NCBI RefSeq assembly: GCF_009914755.1
Contig: NC_060925.1
DNA from: the human T2T-CHM13v2.0 reference genome, Homo sapiens
Length of the DNA: 64,000 nt
Direction: 5' to 3' (one strand)
Both the position numbers and the translations under genes were made by a program. The notes beneath the pieces are model-generated. The model made no database searches. It saw only the letters and a program-made list of their open reading frames with translations, and was not told the origin of the DNA. Below, piece by piece: positions 44,710 to 58,620 of this stretch. The stretch's first letter is position 1. Every line of letters starts with the position of its first letter.

Positions 44710-46209
44710 TAAAAATCAGTAGTACTCTATATACCAATAATGTTTAAGCTAAGAGCCAAATCAAGAATGCAATCCCATTTACAATAGCCACAAAAAATAC
44801 ACCAAAATATATCTAGCCAAGGAGGTGAAAGATCTTTACAAAGAGAGCTATTAAACACCGCTGAAAGAAATCAGAGATGATACAAACAAATACAAAAACA
44901 TTTCATGCTCATGGATCGGAAGAATCAAGATCATTAAAATGGTCATACTGCCCAAAGCAATTTATAGATTCAACACTATTCCTATCAAACTACCAACATC
45001 ATTTTTCACAGAATTAGAAAACCGTATTCTAACGTTCATATGGAACCAAAAAAAGAGCCTGAATAGCCAAAGCAATCCAAAGCAAAAGGAACAAAGCCAG
45101 AGGCATCATATTACCTGACTTCAAGGTAATATACTACAAGGCTACAGTAACCAAAACAGCATGGTACTGGTACGAAAACAGACACATAGACCAATGGAAC
45201 AGAATAGAGAACCCAGAAATAAAGCTGCACACCTACAGCCATCAGCTCTTCAACAAAGTCAACAAAAACAAGCAATGGTGAAAGGACTCCCTATTCAATA
45301 AATGGTTTTGGGATAACTGGCTATCCATATGCAAAGAATGAAACTGGACCTCTACCCATCACCATATACAAAAATTAACTTATGATGGATTAAAGACTTA
45401 AATGTGAGACCTCAAACTATAAAAATCCTAGAAGGAAACCTAGGAAATATCCTTCTCAACACTGGTCTTGGCAAATAATGTATGGCTAAGTCCTCAAAAG
45501 CAATCACAACAAAAACAAAAATTGATAAGTGGGACCTAGTTAAAGAGCATCTGCACAGCAAAAGAAACTTTCAACAGAGTAAACAGACAACCTACAAAAT
45601 AGGAGAAATTATTTGCAAACTATGCATCCAACAAAAATCTAATATCCAGAATCTAATGGGAACTTAAACAAATCAACAAGCAAAAAGCAAATAACCCCAC
45701 TGAAAAGTGGGCAAAGGACATGAACAGGCACTTCTTAAAAGAAGACATACACATGGCCAACAGACATATTAAAAAATGCTCATCATCACTAATCATCAGA
45801 GAAATGCAAATCAAAGCCGCAATGATATACCATCTCACATCAGTCAGAGTGGCTTTTATTAAAAAGTAAAAAAATAACAGATTTTGGTGGTGCTGCAGAG
45901 AAAAGGGAATGCTTGTACACTGTTGGTAGGAATGTAAATTAGTTCAGTCACTGTGGAAAGAAGTTTGGAGATTTCTCAAAGAATTAAAAATAGAACTATT
46001 ATTCAATCCAGCAATCTCATTACTGGGTACATACCCAAGGGAAAATAAATAGTTCTACCAAAAAGACACATGCACGCATATGTTCACTGCAGACATATTC
46101 ATAATAGCAAAGACATGGAATCAACCCAGATGTCCATCAATGGTGGACTGGTTAAAGAAAATGTGGTAAATATACACTGTGGAATACTACACAGCCACAA
46201 GAAAGAATG

Positions 46210-46480
46210 ATTTGATAGCACAATAGGGGAACTATTAGTCAATAATAATTTACTTGTACACTTGAAAATAACCAAAAGAGTGTAACTGGATTGTTTGTAA
46301 CACAAAGGATAAATGCTTGAGGGGACAGATACCAAATTTTCAATGATGTGATTATTATGTATTGCATGCCTGTACCAAAATATCTATGTACCCCATAAAT
46401 ATATATGCCTACTATGTATCACAAAAATTAAAAATAAAAAAAGTAAAAAAGAGGTAAACAAAAGAAGAAGAAGAAGAAGA
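46210..46480 (+). mobile_element. L1MA2-like 3' end fragment inserted into the inner L1
   Basis: tttgatagcacaata...ggattgtttgtaacacaaaggataaatgcttgagggga...cacaaaaattaaaaataaaaa followed by an A/(GAA)-rich tail. Confidence 0.85.
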
Positions 46481-47779
46481 AATAACAAAATTATGTCTTT
46501 TGTAGCAAGATGGATGGAGCTGGAGGCCATTATCCTGAGTGAACTAATGCAGAAAGAGAAAATCAAATACTGCATGTTCTTGTCTATAAGTGGGAGCTAA
46601 ACATTGGGTACACATGGACATAAAGATGGGAACAATAGACACTGGGGACTACTAGATTGGGGAGAGAGGGAGGGAGGCAAAGGCTGAAAAACTATGTATT
46701 GAGTAATATGCTTGATACCTGGGTGACAAGCTTCAATTGTACTCCAAACCTCAGCAGCACACAATATACCTTTGTAACAAACCTGCATACGGACCCCCGT
46801 ATATAAAAGTTGAGAAAAAAGCCAAAAACAAAAAAGAAATTGAAAAGCACACAAACAAAGGGTAAGACATCCCATGTGCATGGATTGGAAGAATTAATAT
46901 CACTAAAATGACTATACTTCTCAAGTAAATCTACAGATTCACTGCAATTCTTGTCAAAATACCAACATCAATTTTCCAGAATTAGAATGAACAATCCTAA
47001 AATTCATATGGAACCAAAAAAAAAAAAAAAAAGCCTGAATAGCCAAAGCAATCCTGAGCAAAAAGAACAAAACTGGAGGCATCACAGTATCTGACTTCAA
47101 AATATATTACAAGGCTATAACAACCAGAACAGCATGGTATTAGTATAAAAAGAGACACATAGACAATGGAACAGAGAATCCAGAAATACATTCAAGTATT
47201 TACAGCCAACTGATTTTTGACAAAAGTGCCAGTAATATACACTGAGGAAAGGACACCCTCTTCAATAAATGATGCTGAGAAAATTGGATATTTATATGCA
47301 GAAGAATGAAATTTCACTCCTAACTCTCACCATATACAAAAATTAAAGACTTCAATGTAAGACTTCAAATTATAAAACTATCAGAAGAAAATACAGGGAA
47401 AACACTTCAGGATGTTGGTCTAGCAAAGATTTTATGGCCAGGACCTCAAAAACACAGACAAAATATACAAATGGGACTACGTTAAACCAAAGAGATTCTG
47501 CACAGCAAAGGAAACCATCAACAGAGTGAAGAGACCACCTGTTGAATGGGAGAACGTATTTGCAAGCTATTCATCCAACAAGAGACTAATATCCAGAATA
47601 CACAAGGAACTCAAACAACTCAACAGTAAAAACAAAAACAAATAATCTCATTAAAAGGTAGGCAAAGGACATGAATAGACATTTCTCAAAAGATGTACAA
47701 GGGGCCAACAGGTATATGAAAAAATGCTCAACATTACTAATCATCAGAGAAATGCAAATCAAACCACAGTGAGATATCA

Positions 47780-48085
<306 letters not shown>

Positions 48086-48658
48086 AAAACTAAAAGTAGA
48101 ACTACCATATGATCCAGCAATCCCATTACCGGGTATTTATCCAAAGGAAAATAAATCAGTGTATCAGAGGGTTACCTGCACAAACATGTTTATTGCAGCG
48201 CTATTCACAATAGCATAGATATGGAATCAACCTAAGTGTCCATCAGCAGACGAATGGATAAAGAAAATGCGGTATATATACACAGTGGAATACTACTCCG
48301 CCATAAAAAGAATGAAATCCTGTCATTTGCAGCAACACGGATGGAACTAGAGGTCATGATGTTATGTGAAATAAGACAGGCACAAAAAGACAGATATCAT
48401 ATGTTCTGACTCATGTGGGAGCTAAAAAAGTTGATCTCATGGAGGTGGAAGGCAGAATGATGGATACCAGAGGCAAGGAAGGGCATGCGGGTGGGAGGGG
48501 TAAGAAGAGAGGTCGGTTAAAAGGTACAAACATACCATTAGATAGAAGTTATCAGTTACAATGTTCCATGACAGAGAAGAGTAATTAGCAACAATGTGTT
48601 ATATATTAAATACTTGAAAGTAGCTAGAAGAGAGGACTTGAAATGTTCTTAACGCCTA

Positions 48659-48999
<341 letters not shown>

Positions 49000-49630
49000 T
49001 CAAGGTGATGGATATCCCAAATGCCCTGACTTGATCATTACACATTCTATTCATATAACAAACCAAGCAAATCTAGCTTTGCTGTTTACAGCAGTGCATC
49101 TCTGAGCAAGTCACTTAGTCTCTCTGAATGTTGACCTTCTGGTCTGTAAAATCAGGAAAATACAAGGATTGGGAAAATGTATGTAAGGCATTTGGTATAC
49201 ATAGGCACCCAATAAATGGTTGCTATTTTTCAAAAATCACATCACTCATTTGTTTCCATTTTATTGTAAAAATTTTCAAACACATAGCAAAGTAGAAAGA
49301 ATTTTACCATGAATAGCTATACACTAACCACCTAGATTCTACCATTAGCATTTTACTAAAATTGCTTCTTCACTTATCTATCCATCTCTCCATTCTTCTA
49401 TCTACCCATTAATCTATCTTATTTTAGTGATTCATTTTAAAGTAGATTGCAGGCGTCAGTACGTTTTCCCCTAAATACTTCAGCATGCATATCAAACTAG
49501 AGTTCAGTATTTGGTTAGCTTTTTCATTTGATGTAAACTTTAGATACAATGAAATGCATGAATCTTAAGAATACATTTGCCGAGTTTTGACAAGTGTAAA
49601 CACCTGTGTAATCCAAACACCCATCGAGAT

Positions 49631-49704
49631 ATATACATTTGTATCACCACCGAAAGTTCCCTCATGCATATACATTTGTATCACCACCGAAAGTTCCCTC
49701 ATGC
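49631..49704. repeat. Perfect 37-bp tandem duplication
   Basis: atatacatttgtatcaccaccgaaagttccctcatgc x2. Confidence 0.95.
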
Positions 49705-49867
49705 TGCTATAGCAAGATGTCCTAGACTGGGTAAAAAGGAAAAAAGAAAGAATGTTCCCTCATGATCCTTCCCAGTCCTTTCCTCTTTCACCCTAGAAGT
49801 GACCACTGTTCCAATTCTTTTTCCCTCTATAAAGTACTTATTATAGAACGTCATATAAGTAGGATCA

Positions 49868-50325
49868 CATGCAGGACAGTTGTGCAGGTGGCCTCAGACT
49901 GAGCCAGTTATTCCCCTTTTCTTGCTTGTAGTGCTCAAGGATAACCGTAGAATATGCTGGAAATGCAACATCTTGAGATAAGGGGAAGCTGGCCAGAACA
50001 ACCTGGGCTTTGTGCCTGTTCCCCACTACCCAGAAACAGGATTCCTTCAATACTCTAGCCCAGTGTGTTACAGTACCCCTGGGTCTAAAACCCAGAGCAC
50101 GCTGCTTGCCGCCTTCAGCTGCAGTGCAAGTGAGGTATTCACAGTCAAACTCATCCACCCCAGGCAGTTTTCTGAGCCTTGCGGGACTGGGTCACAACGA
50201 ATCCTAGGCTTCTGTTATCCCTTGCTGCTTATCTGTAAGGAATAAACCCACTTCATGTAACTCATATGTGTGGCTCTTCTGTCTTACCAGACTCAGACAA
50301 GCAGTGTGCAGTGAACTTACTTTTC
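49868..50325 (+). mobile_element. Solo LTR, probably ERVL class (family uncertain)
   Basis: gcaggacagtt...gtagaatatgctggaaatgcaacatcttgagataagg...aataaacccacttcatgtaact. Confidence 0.65.
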
Positions 50326-52886
50326 ATGATATAGTCTGTACTCTTATGTAAGGCTCCTTTCACTCAGCATGTTTTTGAAACTCATGTGATTAGTGGTCCA
50401 TTTTTTTTTTATTGCTGATTAGTATTCTATTGTATGAACATAGCACCATTTGTTTGGCCATTATCTTGCTATTCATTTTTAATAAATACTGGTTACCTTC
50501 CTTCTTTCCTTATAGTGGATCATCATGAACAATATCAACTGCCATGGAACTCAACCAGAAGTGAATTGGCAACCCTGAGAAAAAACACTGAGCTGGTGGG
50601 AGAGGATGCTCCTTATACTGTAAGATCTCCAGTTAGTTCTTTAGATATAGCATGATCAGAGATAGATTAGATTTTAATTTCCTCCAGGGAGATCCCTCAC
50701 TTTGTCTTATTTTTATTCAGTGCATTTCCCCAGCTTCCTCCACCATGAAATGACTTGGAGCCAATTAAGAGCCTTCTGCTTCCTCATCAGTAATATTTAT
50801 GACTATGGAAATATTTATGGTGCATGGAGAGAGCTTGGGTCAGGTAGGAGACCAAGCTTTTGCTGTCCTTGTAAATGGGATTTGTCTCCTGCTTGTTTTT
50901 GCCAGAGCTGTAAAATGGAAGAGTGCACATAGTATAGTTTAAGGTTGCTTTTTTTTTTTCATCTACGCTTAGCATTCAGGCTGTGGATTATTACTGACCT
51001 TTGTGCTTGGAATGAAGGAGGCATTTTGGTTTTCTGGAGACTTTGGTAGTGTCAACCCCTTTTTCTGGGCCTGCCATCAAACCCCCTGTCCAGGCTAGAG
51101 CTATAACATGCTAGGGGAAGGCCTTTTTTAATCCAGTAAAAAAATTTCTGCAATCTGTATGAGGCTCAGGAGGTGCTGGAAGCCACCTAAATACATAAAT
51201 GTGGAAGGGCCAGAGTCATTTTGTGTTTCTGGTAAAATTGCCAAGGAAGCAATTCTTTCACCCCAGTATCCATTTTTCTTTACTCTCCCTGCATGCCTTT
51301 ATTCCCATCTCTCACGAATTTCCTTTCTCCTTCCAAGTCTAAGGCCTCCACCTGGACTGGGAACCCATCCTCTGCTACCCAGACCTGGCCAATCTCTGTT
51401 AAGAATTCCATTGCAAATGTGGCTTCTCCCTTCCCCCTTCCCCCACTGTCCCCAAACACTGTTTCCATCTCTCCTATAATATTAACATATATTTATAAAA
51501 ATAAATATTTGTATCAAGAACACATTTATACAAACAGATCTATTTAGGAATGCCTCCTATGTGCCAAGTCGCCCTTTCACATGACTGCCGTCTTGTCTTC
51601 GCTTCTGCAATTCTTGAAACCTGCACTCTCTGCCATAGTTTCCCCACTTCTTAGTCCTTCACAGCCTTGTCCATTCTTACCACTCTACTGAGAGAGTCCC
51701 AAAGGTTGCCATCGGCTTCTCAGCTGGCAGACAGGGCAGGCTCTCCTCAGTCCTGCCTCCTTCTGGTCCTGATAACCAGTCCCCTCCCTGTCACCTTCTG
51801 AGATGCAGCAACATTCCATCACTTCCCACAACCCTACCATTCTGCCTTTTCCTTTATTGGATTTTATTTTCCTCCCACATCCTAAAGGTGGTCATTTCTC
51901 AAAGTGATGTCCTTGAACTGATGTCATCCCTTCTCCTACCATAATTTCAGCTCTCCCTGTGGGCAGCTGCATCCCGAGTCTGTGTCTAGCTCTAACCTCC
52001 CCTTGGATTTCAGACCCTAATTCCAAGTTGCTTTCTAGACACCTCTTCCTGAGTCACTTCACCCCTAAAACCAACCTTCTCTCCTACGTGAAGAGTTATA
52101 AAACATGGCTTCTGCCCCCGGGAGCTCATAACTTAGTCAGAGAGACACACATGCAGATTTTGAAATGTTCTGAGAGCTAATTAACATGAAAGGTGATGTT
52201 ATAATGAGAGTCATGCCACATGACAAAATGTTAAGGAGTGGCACTAATCACACTGTTCTTACTCACAGTAGAGAGAAGTTGTGGGCTCCATTGCCCAGGA
52301 ATGGTCTTATAGAACCTGGGTCCCATCAGTGAGGAGGAACAGAAAGGGGTGTGCATTCCAGACATGCAGGGTAAGGAAGGACCTTTCAAAGAACATTCTT
52401 TTAACCTACATTCAGCCACGCCGGGAATGATGCTTCTTGACCTGAGGTAGAACTGCTCCCTTAGGGAGATTTTGGAGGCCCTTTTGTTGTTAATTGTTAC
52501 AATGACTGGGGGATGCTAGCAGCATTTAGCGCCTGGAACTCAGAAATGATAAATGTCCTGCAATGAGCGGGTTAGTCCCATGTCCAGCCAGTAGTGCCTA
52601 GGTTGAAAAACAACACATGTGGGGTAATGGGACATTGACTCTTCCCTGTCGTCTCCATGCTCCCAAGAACTCCATTCTGGCTTGTGAAAAACTAGTAATG
52701 GAATTACTCGTATATGAAAATAACTAATGCCCGATAGACAAACCAAACAGTTGCCTAGGGCACCAGCAAACAGAGAGAAAGAAGGATAAGTTCAGCTGTA
52801 ATGAGCTTATTCACAATTTTGCAGGCAGAAAATCTAGAAAGTTGCTTTTTAAAATTTTAGCATAAACTTTCATGTTAAACCAAAAA

Positions 52887-52943
52887 ATAAAATTTTATTT
52901 TGAATTTCATGTGCTATAAAATTTTATTTTGAATTTCATGTGC
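52887..52943. repeat. Perfect 28-bp tandem duplication (period 29)
   Basis: ataaaattttattttgaatttcatgtgc x2, separated by one t. Confidence 0.92.
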
Positions 52944-53399
52944 GAGTCCCTGGAAACTTGTCAGTGCTTAGGGCAATAAAGACATTAATCAGGTTGTAGG
53001 AGTATCCCATAAAAAAGCTATAAATGTGTGATTGAGGAGTTGCTGGAAATATTCACGATGCTGACAAGGCTCATCTCAGGGAGGCAAGACTGAAAAGGAG
53101 TGTAATTAGGAAATCTAATCGGTGGAGCTCTATGTTGTCTGGGGGAAGACTGTAAACAGATGATGAGAGACCAGTCACTGGTCTGTTGGTCAACAAATAC
53201 TTATCCACTAACTACTGTGTCCCAGGCACTGGGCTGGGCACTGGGATACAGTGGAGAACAAGACAAGTCCCTTCCTTCAGTGTGTTTACATTCTGGAGTT
53301 GGGGAGGGGAAAACAGACAAAAATACCACAGACACAGACCCATTTATACACACCCAGACAGACACGCAGGTGATCACAGGTCAGCAGAAAGCCTAGAGA

Positions 53400-53860
53400 A
53401 CAGTGAGTCAGAACCATTTTGCAAGTTTTTCCAGCCCTCTCAGGGGAGGTCAGTGGCCACTTGATGATGGGATCCCCAGGTCTCAGCAGGGTTGGTGAAA
53501 AGGAACCTTGAGGCTACCTACCTTCCCTTGTCCCTGCATACCCTGTCCTAGCCCAAGGCGCCGAACCTGGCAGCGGCATCCTGTGTGGGGCAGTGTGGTG
53601 GGCGGTGCCCAGCGCTAGGAAAATCCCCAGGGTCACAGCTGGGGAATCTGAGCCCTACTCAAATCTGGGTGGCTAGGAGCAGAACTTGACCAGGGGAAGG
53701 AGGCGTACGAAGATCCTGATTGCACACCAGGTAAACGGTTGGAGCGTGTGTTCTTGCCTTATTGGCTGTTGGGCTTGCGGGGGTGTGGTCTGATTTAAAG
53801 GAACTGGGAATTATTTTATGAACAATTCAGCCTGGTGTCAGAAGTGTGTGACTCAGAGTC
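53400..53860. promoter_or_regulatory. Candidate enhancer/promoter motif cluster
   Basis: AP-1 (53404-53410, 53849-53855), GC box (53600-53605), kB-like ggaaaatcccc (53618-53628), ATTGG (53761), GT box (53780-53788), tttaaa (53794); locally more CpG. Confidence 0.4.
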
Positions 53861-54530
53861 CCAACAGGAAACAGATGTCACACTCATTAGAGTAACTCAA
53901 GGAGGGTGAATTTAACAAAGGTGTGGGTGAAGTCGTGGGAACCAGAAGGGATGTTGGGGTGTTTTTGCAGCCCGTAAGCTGAGCTGTATACCACCCCAGG
54001 TCCAAGTGAAAGGGGAGGGAGTGGACATTGAAACCAGGAAGTAAAAAAGTCATGTAGAGGAAGGTAGAGATGACAAGGTTACCTTGAGAGAGACTGAGGG
54101 GCACAGCCAGCCTTGGGCCTCCTCATGGGGAGGCAAGGTCCTTATGGGGGACCCTGTTCCTCTGCTCTGCAGTATTTGTGAGCTCCCCATTGGCCAAACC
54201 CAGTGAAAAGTCAGAGGACAGAGTGAGCAGAAAATAAGCAGGGCATGGTGACCAGTAGCCAAGGATGCAGGCAGTCCTGTAACACCCTCCATTGTAAACC
54301 AGGAACCCTGTCTCCCATGAGGTTAGCTAGCTTCAGGAAGAAAGAGGAACTATGCACCAGCCTGGCGTCTGCCCTGATGTGACTCTTATCTTGCCTACCT
54401 AACTCCATCAGGTACACAATGTTCCCCTTTGGAGCTGTCTACTTCTTTCTCCCCATGCCACACTACCTGTGGCCACCACCCTCTCTTGCCTGAATTTCTC
54501 TAACAACTTTGCCGTCTCATCCAGTCCTCT

Positions 54531-54821
54531 TTTTTTTTTTTGAGATGGAGTCTCACTCTGTCACCCAGACTAGAGTGCAGTGGTGCAATCTCGGCTCACC
54601 ACAAGCTCCACCTCCTGGGTTCACGCCTTTCTCCTGCCTCAGCCTCCTGAGTAGCTGGGATTACAGGGGCCCACCACCACGCCTGGCTAATTTTTGTATT
54701 TTTAATAGATATGGGGTTTCACTATGTTAGCCAGGATGGTCTCAATCTCCTGACCTTGTGATCCGCCTGCCTTAGCCTCCCAAAGTGCTGGGATTACAGG
54801 CGTGAGCCACCGCGCCCGGCC
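54531..54821 (-). mobile_element. AluY/Sc
   Basis: TSD catccagtcctct (54518-54530, 54822-54834). Confidence 0.96.
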
Positions 54822-55661
54822 CATCCAGTCCTCTCTTGACCATGCAACCAGATCTTTCCAACGTGCTGGCCTGAGCCTATGATTTCCTTCCCTAACACCA
54901 CCTCACCACAGCATCCAAATGAAATCTACACAGCTTACCATGGCTTATGAGGCCCTTCATGATCTGGCTCTGGTTTACATTTCCAGCCTCATTTCTTGCC
55001 AATTCTCATTCTCCCCTCAACAAATGCCCCTCCTCAAATCCATCCCACTATGGTCCAGCCATACAGAACTGCTCTCTGATCTCTCTCTGACCCCAGGGCC
55101 TTTGCACATGCTATTTCTCCTCCTGAAAGTCAGGAAGTCAATTCTAACGTAACTCTTTCTCATTCCTCATTCCTTTGTTGCTGGTTGGGGTAGGCAAGGG
55201 TTCTGTGCCATTCTTATATGCTCCCATAGCACCCTGGCCCTGCCCAAATCATAATTTTAAAAAATTAATTCAATAGATATTTACTGAGTACCTGTAATGC
55301 ACCAAGCCCTTCCCACCTCAGGGCCTTCTCTCATGCTGTTCTTTCCACTTGCACGTTCATCCTTCTACTCTTCATCTGGGTAACTCTTACATATTCTTTG
55401 AGTCTCTGCTGAAACATTATTTCCTGCAAGAGGTCCCCACCCCTTTTCTCTCCCACAGCATCCTGTATGACTTCGTTTATTTGATGTCTGTCTGCTTCTC
55501 TCCACGTGGGAAGGGGCCAGGTCTGTTTTATCCATGATAGTGTGCCCATCCCTAGCTCAGAAATCTGGCATGCAGCAGGCACTGGTTACATATGTGGTAA
55601 AGGAGGGAGGCAATAGGGTTCTCCCATTAGACCATGACAAGGAATAAAGAATTGTATGTTC

Positions 55662-57114
<1,453 letters not shown>

Positions 57115-57369
57115 CCTGTATCGTATTCATTATTATGTGCGACCCCTGGCACCACGCCTGGCACATAGTAGTTGCTTAATAAATATATGCTGAGTAAGGA
57201 AAAGTGTTGCTTGGCCTCATTACCCAGGAAATAGTCTCTTCCCCCAGTAGATCTCATCCCTTTTTTGAAAGCTGGTGCTCAGAATAGTTAATAGACTTAT
57301 TGGAGGCACTGGGAGGGGAAAGAAAGGGACCGCTTGGCGGGATAAGCTTTCCCATCTCCTCTTCACCGG

Positions 57370-57700
57370 GCAAATAAGCCGACGCCAACACGTCAGCTGC
57401 CCTCATTAGCAGTGAAGCGGCCCTGGCTGCCCTCTTGGGGTTATTCTAATTGGCTCCAATCAGGGAAAGCCAGGTCTGGGCTTTATAAACAGTGACAGCA
57501 GCTCCACCGTTAGAAGAGCAGGTAGAAAGGTCACACTGGAAACACCATTTCCAAGCACAGAGTAATTACAACTCATTCTGGCTTTCACAGCTATGCTGAG
57601 GAATCTTTATTTGTCTAGCCCGGCTGACAGTGGCCTTCCGGCTTCCTGCTTCCATTTTCTTCCTTGTCATGAGTTAGCTGAACTTCCGGGTCCAACACAC
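57370..57700. promoter_or_regulatory. Candidate regulatory element (CTCF-like, CCAAT, TATA, ETS motifs)
   Basis: ccccaagagggcagc on - strand (57426-57440); attgg and ccaat (57449-57460); tataaa (57484-57489); cttccgg x2. Confidence 0.4.
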
Positions 57701-58219
57701 ATTTTTCTTCACGGCCTTGGGTCCAGCAAGAAGAAAAAGTCTGGATTCCTAAGGGGCTGACTCTAGGGGTCTCCGCTGCTGAAGAATTAGAGTCTAAAAT
57801 TCTAGGGTAAGGAGAGTAGGCTATGTTCTAGACAAGCAAGAGTCTTTGGAGGACCGTGGTTTAAATGTACTGGTGACTGAGAAGCAAATACATTTCATAC
57901 TCCAGCAGCCACTTAGCACGTCCACCTTGTCTGCTGCACTCTCGGCAAAACCTTCCCAGACCCCGGGGGCAGTGAGCCACTCCTCTGGGCTCCCACAACA
58001 TTGGGCCCATGTCTTTATTACACGACTCACTGCATTGTCTTTCATTTATTAGCTTAGCCATCTGTCTTCCAAGATGGACTGCCAGCTCCTCGAGGGCACT
58101 AACCAAGCCTCATTCATATTTACATTTTTGGTTTATTCCCTAGCACAGAGCCTGGCACTTGGTACATATTGACTGACTCCTCAAAGGAAGGGAATGGAAG
58201 ACACTGGTAATAAGATGAA

Positions 58220-58620
58220 CCAGGAGCTTCCAGATAGCTGAACACATGGAGGGTGGTGCATCCAGAGAGGACACAGAAGCTCCACACTCCTAGCCCCAAA
58301 CCACGCTCTATGTGTCTCTTCATCTGTATCCTTTATAATAAACCAGTAAACATAAGGTCTATAAGAAAGTAATAGGGTTAAGTGAGGTCATAAGGGCAAG
58401 GCCTTATCCCACAGGACTGTTGTCCTCATGAGAAGAGGACGAGACACCAGGGAACCTCTCCACACAAGCATAGCCAAGAGGCCATATGAAGACACAGCCA
58501 GAAGGCAGCCACCCACCATGAGGAAGGAGAGACCTCATCAGAAACCAACCCTGGTGGCGCACTGATATTGGATCTAACCTCCAGAAATGTGAGAAAATAA
58601 ATTTTTTTTTTTTTTTAAAG
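58220..58620 (+). mobile_element. MER21-like LTR fragment fused to an MLT1-type fragment
   Basis: gagcttccagatagctgaacacatggag...aataaaccagtaaacataag, then gttaaagtgaggtcataagggc...ctccagaaatgtgagaaaataaattt. Confidence 0.65.

Larger units (their letters stand above)
49245..50460 (-). mobile_element. Old L1M 3'-end fragments interrupted by an LTR
   Basis: ttttattgtaaaaattttcaaacac...; ctttcactcagcatgtttttga...tagtattctattgtatgaa. Confidence 0.65.
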
